DNA of 64,000 nucleotides from Escherichia coli (GTDB lineage Bacteria; Pseudomonadota; Gammaproteobacteria; Enterobacterales; Enterobacteriaceae): NCBI RefSeq assembly GCF_003790525.1, contig NZ_CP033635.1; one strand, 5' to 3'. Shown piece by piece: positions 58,265 to 64,000 of this stretch (position 1 is its first letter; each line of letters starts with the position of its first letter). The notes under the pieces were generated by a model. It saw only the letters and a program-made list of their open reading frames with translations, ran no database searches and was not told where the DNA came from. The position numbers and the translations under genes were made by a program.

Positions 58265-58759
58265 ATGATTTCTTTTCTATCCGATGAATTTGAGGAATTT
58301 CCGCAGGGAGATTTTTTAAATCATCTCTATAGGTTTTCGGTAGACCATCATCATTTTATCGTGATATTTAGCCCTATTGATATTAGCGATGCGGAGTACC
58401 ATCAATACCGTAGCGAGGAAGTTGGATTTGAAATCCCAACTAATTGTTTTGATGTGAAATTTGATAGGCAAGAAAACTTTGATAGTGGTAACTTTTACAT
58501 GCCCCCCGCCGCAACTGAATGCTCGAGGCGCAGACGCTTTACTGATGAACTCGCAGAGGCGCTAGCAACGATTATTGAAAAGCATTACATCATTTATCAT
58601 GCCAGGGCTTATCTTGCCATCGCAGAGAATGACAAGTTGAAACGTTACTATGACCGGATTTTACACAATGCCCCGGCTAATGTAGCATATAGAGTAATCA
58701 AAGATGTTGGAGAGGAGGAACGAGGTTATGCCATACAAACCGAATGTTTCCGAACTTAA
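58265..58759 (+). CDS. hypothetical acidic protein, about 164 aa (start uncertain; maximal ORF from TTG at 58187, alternative ATG at 58232)
   Basis: ORF-track 58187..58759; visibly AT-rich; HHH and YHxY motifs; no family recognised. Confidence 0.55.
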   Translation: MISFLSDEFEEFPQGDFLNHLYRFSVDHHHFIVIFSPIDISDAEYHQYRSEEVGFEIPTNCFDVKFDRQENFDSGNFYMPPAATECSRRRRFTDELAEALATIIEKHYIIYHARAYLAIAENDKLKRYYDRILHNAPANVAYRVIKDVGEEERGYAIQTECFRT

Positions 58760-58874
58760 GAAAATGACTGTTGCAGAGCGCAAGAAAGAAGCCATGCGCC
58801 AGCTTAAAGCATCCTTTGAGCGCGCCAGCATTGAAGGGACTTTGCATAAACGCTCTGCAAAGTCTGTTGCGTAA
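58728..58874 (+). CDS. hypothetical small basic protein, 48 aa (MPYKPNVSELKKMTVAERKKEAMRQLKASFERASIEGTLHKRSAKSVA)
   Basis: Below the ORF-track size cut-off; translated by hand; ATG preceded by GAGGAGGAA Shine-Dalgarno 7 nt upstream, lying inside the 3' end of the preceding ORF (32-nt overlap); followed by a terminator. Confidence 0.55.
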   Translation: MPYKPNVSELKKMTVAERKKEAMRQLKASFERASIEGTLHKRSAKSVA

Positions 58875-58888
58875 TGAAAGATTTCAAT

Positions 58889-58914
58889 AACCCGCTGCGG
58901 CGGGCCTTTTTTTG
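58889..58914 (+). terminator. rho-independent terminator after the 48-aa ORF
   Basis: CCCGC-TGCG-GCGGG hairpin followed by CCTTTTTTT. Confidence 0.75.
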
Positions 58915-59095
58915 CCCTCAGAAAATCCCCTCTGACCTGCCTCAGGGATTATATACAACCTTCAGTTAATTAGCTGCGCACCATACGCGGCCCGAGCCTT
59001 ATCGCCTTGTTCAAATTCGACAATTCGTCGGCCAATTTCCCCGAACGTCGCGGTGCTAAGTACCGTATCCGTCCGGGCGTATCCGGCCAGAATTT

Positions 59096-60265
59096 TCAGG
59101 CGGTTTCTCTTGCTGTCACTACGCCATTTTGCGCAGCCCACAGATTCACATCTTCCTTACGAATGGCGGCGGCCATCATGCCGGGGAATAAATCTGGGGT
59201 ACAGGCAAAGGAGGGAATACCCATGGCGGCGAGTTTTCCTGCCAGTGACCGGTCGTAAAACGGCGCACCTTCATCGCTTAAGGCCAGCAGGGTAACCACC
59301 TGTACGCCGGACTGAATCAACTCACTGGCGCGTTGCAACAGATTGCGTTCCACCCCGCCTTCGTAGAGGTCGGAAATCAGCACCAGAATGGTATTGCGCG
59401 GATCGCGAATCAAAGACTGGCAGTAGCCCACCGCGCGGTTGATGTCGGTGCCGCCACCCAGCTGTACGCCAAACAGCAGCTCTACCGGATCGTCGAGCTT
59501 CTCTGTCATATCAACGACTGCGGTGTCGAAAACCACCAGATGCGTTTTTACCGCCGGGAGCGATGCCATTACTGCGCCAAAAATACTGGAATAGACCACC
59601 GAGGAGGCCATCGACCCACTCTGGTCGATACATAAAATGATCTCCTTTTGCGTGCGTTGAGACTTGCGCCCGTAGCCGATCAGCGTTTCAGGAACAATAC
59701 TTTTATACTCTTCCTGCCAGTGGCGCAGGTTGGCGCGAATGGTGCGCTGCCAGTCAATTTCCGCGTGGCGCGGGCGACGATTACGTACCGCACGATTAAG
59801 AGCGCCGCTTACCGCGCTACGCATTGGCTCTTCAAGCTGTTTCATCAATTGCTCGACAACTTTACGCACCACAAGCCTGGCGGTTTCTTTGGTTTTGGCC
59901 GGAATTACGCCATTCAGCGACATCAGCGTGGAGACCAGATGAACATCAGGCTGGACGTTTGCCAGCATCTCCGGCTCCAGCAACATACTGTGCAAATTAA
60001 GACGTTCAAAGGCGTCTTTTTGCATCACCTGAACCACAGAAGAAGGGAAATACTGGCGAATATCACCCAGCCAGCGAGCGACTTTGGGTGACGATCCACC
60101 CGTGCCGCCGCGTAATCCATGTTTACCCTCTGGCTGATACAGCGCCGCCAGCGCGGCATCAATCGCGGACTCTCTGGCATCCAGCGCCACGTTACAGGCA
60201 TTGTCGGCATCTTCTCCAAGGATCAGACGCCAGCGGCGCAGCCGTTCCATTTCGTTACTCGACAT
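59096..60265 (-). CDS. von Willebrand factor A (vWA) domain protein, 389 aa
   Basis: MIDAS motif DQSGSM (DxSxS) in ...ILCIDQSGSMASS...; AAAGGGA Shine-Dalgarno; start overlaps upstream gene stop by 11 nt. Confidence 0.8.
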   Translation of the reverse strand: MSSNEMERLRRWRLILGEDADNACNVALDARESAIDAALAALYQPEGKHGLRGGTGGSSPKVARWLGDIRQYFPSSVVQVMQKDAFERLNLHSMLLEPEMLANVQPDVHLVSTLMSLNGVIPAKTKETARLVVRKVVEQLMKQLEEPMRSAVSGALNRAVRNRRPRHAEIDWQRTIRANLRHWQEEYKSIVPETLIGYGRKSQRTQKEIILCIDQSGSMASSVVYSSIFGAVMASLPAVKTHLVVFDTAVVDMTEKLDDPVELLFGVQLGGGTDINRAVGYCQSLIRDPRNTILVLISDLYEGGVERNLLQRASELIQSGVQVVTLLALSDEGAPFYDRSLAGKLAAMGIPSFACTPDLFPGMMAAAIRKEDVNLWAAQNGVVTARETA

Positions 60266-62504
60266 GATTTTCCCTTTCGTGTGGTGGCAAAGCCAGAATG
60301 CGGCGCAGTAGCGGCAGCATTAACGCGGCACGCTGTTCATCCCATATACCGCTGGTCTCTTCTTGCTGCGCGACACGCTCGCCCTGCGCGGCGCGTTCGC
60401 CTAACTGGCGGCGTTCCGGGCTGGAAAAACGGCCGAATGTCCGCCGCAGCATCGGCAGGATCCGGGTGAAGTGATTGTCGTTCAGGCCGCTTAGCCAGGC
60501 ATCGATCAACTGCCATAATTCGCTATTGTGCAGTAGCACCATCGCGCTGTCGTTGAGGAAACCTTCCGCCCATGCGGCACTTTCCGCCGGGGGATTGGCT
60601 GGCGATAGCGCCAGGTTCATCAGCGTGCTGATCCGTTCTGTCGTTAACGTTTGCAGATCAAACAACAGGCGCGTCGCCGTTCCGCGAAGCAGCGCGTGTG
60701 CGGTACTGCCCTCTGCCAGCACCATCAACGCCTGCAACCAGCCCGCCAATAGATCTTCGTTATCCAGCAACCGCAGCGCGGCGTGGGCGTCGATAACTTT
60801 TTCTCTCATACTGGCGGCGCTGTCGTCGTTGAGCGCCGAACAGGCTCCGGGTAGGGCGATGGCGGCGCGCGGGGCGAGGCTCATCAGTACCTGCATTACC
60901 ATACCAGAGTCGGTCTGGCGCACGTTGCCGTAGCGGACAATCGCCACCAGTGGTGCCAGGGCTTCCAGCAACTGTTCGATATTGCCCTGAGTGGCAGCCA
61001 GTGATTCCAGTGTATTGGCGATGGGGGCAATCGCGGTCTGTAAATCGGCCAGTAGCACCTGTTGGATAAGCTTTGCCAGTTCCGGCAGCGTGCTGGCGTA
61101 TTGCGCCCTCACAATGGCATAGCGGGAGCTGGCCTGCTCAATGCTGTTACCCCAACGGCTGGCGGTAATGATGTTGATTGCCAGTGCCGGTTCCCAGCGC
61201 AGCGACCAGACTTCGTGGAACGTCCCTTTGCTGTTATTTCCTTGTCCAGCCAGACGGCCCCAGGAAATGTCGAGTAAGGTCAGGCGATGCAGTAAATGGC
61301 TACGCGCCAGATCGCCGGGTTTGCGCAGATCAAGATCCAGCACTTTTTCGCTGGCTTCTGCCTTCAGGCGCAGCGTTTTTTGCTGTTGCGTAATGTCGCG
61401 TTGGAGCGGCACGACGGGCGTATCATCCGGTACGCTTCCCAGCGCGTCGCCGACAATTAACTTCTGGCGAATCATCTGCATTGGCGCGCTTTCGCCCATA
61501 CACACTACGGTTTGCAGCGCTTCGCAAAGTTCGTCAAGCCCCGGCTGCGGGTGATGGCGCATAATCGCCAGCGTCTGCGCCAGCCGCGCCGCTTCGATAA
61601 TGTGGGCGCTGGAACAGTCGAGATCGGCTTCGCGAAACAGCCTTGCCGCGCGTGACAGCCAGCCGATATCGCGGTGAGAAGCGCCCTGATAACGCCACAG
61701 ATGATCGTACCATTCCGGTGACACCACCCCTGCGCCATAACCGCTGGCGCGGCTTAACGCCTCGTAGCTCCAGGGCGTCCAGGCTGCCGCGACCTTGCAC
61801 TTCGGCAAATTTTTCAGCAGTTCGTTATCATTCTTTGCGGGCGGCAGGTTTTCCAGCGCCGGAACGTGCCACGCACCGCAGACTACCGCGATGCGCGAGA
61901 AGCCCTCTTTTTTCGCCTGACGTAGCGTCTTGCGCATATACGCTTCACGCAGTTGATCTCTGGCTGAGTTTCGGGCTTCGGGAGTTGCCTGGCGTAGGGC
62001 AATCATCGCCTCGCGAATCGCCTCGAACAGAGACAAATCATCTTCGCGTTCCTCTACTCTGTGGCTCCACCAGCTTTCCCCATCGGTGTAACCGGCGGCG
62101 CGGCCCAGCCAGTCCAGCGGATCGCCGTCGGGACTGGCTTCAACGGCATCATCGTCATCGCTCTCTTTTTCGTCATCAAGCGCGAACTGATGACTGATGG
62201 GCAAGTCCATAAAGCGCACGGCGATATTTTGCTCAAAACCATAGCGCAGCGCCTGCCATTCCGGGGAGAACGCCGCAAAGGGGTAAAACGCGGCGTGATG
62301 TGAGTCGTCCGGGGCATAAATCAGTAGCGCGACCGGCGGTTGCATCTGTTCATGCTGCATAAAAGGCAGGATGGATTCGCCGTCGGGCGGCCCTTCCACC
62401 AGCAGGCAGTCGGGCTGTAGCGTCTCCAGCGCCTTTCGCAGGCTGCGCGCGCAGCCAGGGCCATGGTGACGGATGCCAAACAAATGAACGGTTTGTTCAG
62501 TCAT
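60255..62504 (-). CDS. large protein of unknown function, 749 aa, operon partner of MoxR-like ATPase and vWA protein
   Basis: ATG with AAGG Shine-Dalgarno 17 nt after the AAA gene stop; acidic low-complexity stretch DDEKESDDDDAVEASPDGD; no nucleotide-binding motif seen. Confidence 0.75.
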   Translation of the reverse strand: MTEQTVHLFGIRHHGPGCARSLRKALETLQPDCLLVEGPPDGESILPFMQHEQMQPPVALLIYAPDDSHHAAFYPFAAFSPEWQALRYGFEQNIAVRFMDLPISHQFALDDEKESDDDDAVEASPDGDPLDWLGRAAGYTDGESWWSHRVEEREDDLSLFEAIREAMIALRQATPEARNSARDQLREAYMRKTLRQAKKEGFSRIAVVCGAWHVPALENLPPAKNDNELLKNLPKCKVAAAWTPWSYEALSRASGYGAGVVSPEWYDHLWRYQGASHRDIGWLSRAARLFREADLDCSSAHIIEAARLAQTLAIMRHHPQPGLDELCEALQTVVCMGESAPMQMIRQKLIVGDALGSVPDDTPVVPLQRDITQQQKTLRLKAEASEKVLDLDLRKPGDLARSHLLHRLTLLDISWGRLAGQGNNSKGTFHEVWSLRWEPALAINIITASRWGNSIEQASSRYAIVRAQYASTLPELAKLIQQVLLADLQTAIAPIANTLESLAATQGNIEQLLEALAPLVAIVRYGNVRQTDSGMVMQVLMSLAPRAAIALPGACSALNDDSAASMREKVIDAHAALRLLDNEDLLAGWLQALMVLAEGSTAHALLRGTATRLLFDLQTLTTERISTLMNLALSPANPPAESAAWAEGFLNDSAMVLLHNSELWQLIDAWLSGLNDNHFTRILPMLRRTFGRFSSPERRQLGERAAQGERVAQQEETSGIWDEQRAALMLPLLRRILALPPHERENHVE

Positions 62505-62521
62505 AGTGGTTGCCTTGCTGA

Positions 62522-63616
62522 TTACACAATTTCGCGGCAGGCGCGATAGAGATCGTTCCAGTCGCTGCGCTCTTTGACTATAGTTTCCAGATATTCACGC
62601 CATACCACGTCGTCCTGCACGGGATCTTTTACCACCGCGCCGATAAGGCTTGCGGCGATATCCCGCGGATGTAGCACGCCGTCGCCAAAATGGCCCGCCA
62701 GCGCCATACCGTTGTTGATAACGGAGATCGCCTCCGCGGTGCTGAGAGTACTGGTTGGCGACTTAATTTTCGTTTTGCCGTCAACCGTCAGGCCGTTTCG
62801 CAGTTCGCGGAAGATTTGCACGACTCGCTGGATCTCTTTAAGCGCTGGCGGTTCGGCAGGAAGTGCCAGCGCCTGACCCAGTTCGGCGACGCGGCGAGTG
62901 ACAATGTTAATCTCTTCTTCTTCGCTGGCGGGTACGGGCAAAATGACCGTGTTGAAACGACGTTTAAGTGCGGAAGAAAGCTCGTTAACGCCTTTATCCC
63001 GGTTGTTGGCGGTGGCGATAACGTTAAAGCCGCGCGTCGCCTGGACCTCTTCATTCAGTTCGGGGATAGGCAGCGTTTTTTCCGACAGGATCGTGATCAG
63101 CGTGTCCTGAACATCGGCAGGAATACGCGTCAGCTCTTCTACGCGGGCAATCTGCCCGCGTGCCATCGCCCGCATCAATGGGCTTTCTACCAGCGCCGAA
63201 CGTGACGGACCTTTAGAGAGCAACTCCGCGTAGTTCCAGCCATAACGCATTTGTTCTTCACCGGTGCCTGCGGTGCCCTGAATAATTAACGTTGAGTCGC
63301 CGCTGATGGCAGCCGCCAGATGTTCAGAGACCCAGGATTTCGCAGTGCCGGGTACGCCATACAACAGCAGTGCGCGATCGGTTGCCAGCGTGGCAACGGC
63401 GGTTTCGATAATCCGCCTGTTGCCGATATATTTCGGCGTGACCTCAAAACCATTTTCCAGTTGCCCGCCTAACAGATAAGTAGCAACGGACCACGGAGAA
63501 ATAGCCCAGTTTTCCGGGCGCGGATGAGTATCGTTTTTTTGCAGCTCATCCAGTTCTTCTGCAAATTGTTGTTCGGCATGTCGGCGTAAAACGGCGGCAG
63601 TAGCGGTGGAAGTCAT
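62522..63616 (-). CDS. MoxR-like AAA+ ATPase, about 365 aa
   Basis: P-loop LLLYGVPGTAKS, Walker B-like IARVEELTRIP, sensor region FNVIATANN...LKRRF; ATG overlaps upstream stop (ATGA). Confidence 0.8.
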   Translation of the reverse strand: MTSTATAAVLRRHAEQQFAEELDELQKNDTHPRPENWAISPWSVATYLLGGQLENGFEVTPKYIGNRRIIETAVATLATDRALLLYGVPGTAKSWVSEHLAAAISGDSTLIIQGTAGTGEEQMRYGWNYAELLSKGPSRSALVESPLMRAMARGQIARVEELTRIPADVQDTLITILSEKTLPIPELNEEVQATRGFNVIATANNRDKGVNELSSALKRRFNTVILPVPASEEEEINIVTRRVAELGQALALPAEPPALKEIQRVVQIFRELRNGLTVDGKTKIKSPTSTLSTAEAISVINNGMALAGHFGDGVLHPRDIAASLIGAVVKDPVQDDVVWREYLETIVKERSDWNDLYRACREIV

Positions 63617-64000
63617 AAAGTAGTTTCTCCGACAAAAAACGAATGAAGTTGAATTCGGTGCGCCAGCGTGGCGCTCAGGGCAGTAAAGGCTGCCTCGCAA
63701 TAAGGCGTTTGTTGTGCGTCATGCGGCCACTTGTCAATGACATCATTGAGGACTTCGGGGGCCAGCAGGCAGGCGAAATCACTCATCACATGGCGCAGGG
63801 CGTAGTCAAAGCGCGCGGAATCATGTTTCACCCAACGGTGCAGCTCCGTGACCATTTGCTGGCTCAGGCGCAGGCTAAAGAGCGACGCATCCAGCGGTAA
63901 CAGGGCGATGTAGCGTTGTAAATGTTCGCCGCCCATTACCGAGAACAGTAACGTCAACACTGGCTCGTGTTCTTCTACGGGCAGGCATTGCAGAAGCTCA
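63613..64000 (-). CDS. hypothetical protein, 5'-truncated by window end (C-terminal 129 codons visible)
   Basis: Open frame runs from the window edge to TGA at 63613..63615, overlapping the AAA gene start. Confidence 0.6.
   Translation of the reverse strand, partial: ELLQCLPVEEHEPVLTLLFSVMGGEHLQRYIALLPLDASLFSLRLSQQMVTELHRWVKHDSARFDYALRHVMSDFACLLAPEVLNDVIDKWPHDAQQTPYCEAAFTALSATLAHRIQLHSFFVGETTL

Noticed and set aside
59007-59295. Two plus-strand ORFs (83 and 80 aa) overlapping the 3' end of the vWA gene
   Set aside because: Antisense to a gene with a clear motif; the true plus-strand transcript appears to end at the 58889-58914 terminator.

Overview
The window reads as an Escherichia coli-type chromosomal segment, in reverse orientation relative to the K-12 map as I recall it. 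Gene identities come from recognising the ORF-track translations and the rRNA/tRNA sequences by eye; no database search was run. Content, left to right: the 3' end of an rrnD-type ribosomal operon (23S, 5S, tRNA-Thr, 5S, terminator), then yhdZYXW, yhdV, acrF (split by a frameshift), acrE, acrS, yhdU, yhdJ, fis-dusB, prmA, panF, yhdT, accBC, an unassigned 276-aa ORF, acuI (yhdH), csrD, mreBCD, yhdE, rng, yhdP, tldD, aaeRXAB, yhcO, yhcN, argR, mdh, degS, degQ, yhcB, zapE, rplM-rpsI, sspAB, dcuD and nanR-nanATEK-yhcH. No CRISPR array, IS element or integrase is visible. The last ~6 kb (58.1-64 kb) departs from the K-12 arrangement I remember (yhcG and a fimbrial remnant). It holds (i) a visibly AT-rich two-gene cassette (about 164 aa plus a 48-aa basic protein, translationally coupled, own terminator) and (ii) a visibly GC-rich, tightly coupled minus-strand operon: a 5'-truncated upstream gene, a MoxR-like AAA+ ATPase, a 749-aa protein of unknown function and a vWA (MIDAS) protein. 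This operon is the best candidate for an uncharacterised NTP-dependent system in the window. The AAA/large-protein/vWA sizes and order resemble my recollection of the K-12 yehL-yehM-yehP cluster at another locus, which would make it a paralogous module rather than wholly new; that needs checking. Other items worth a second look are the acrF frameshift and the 276-aa ORF between acuI and the accB leader.
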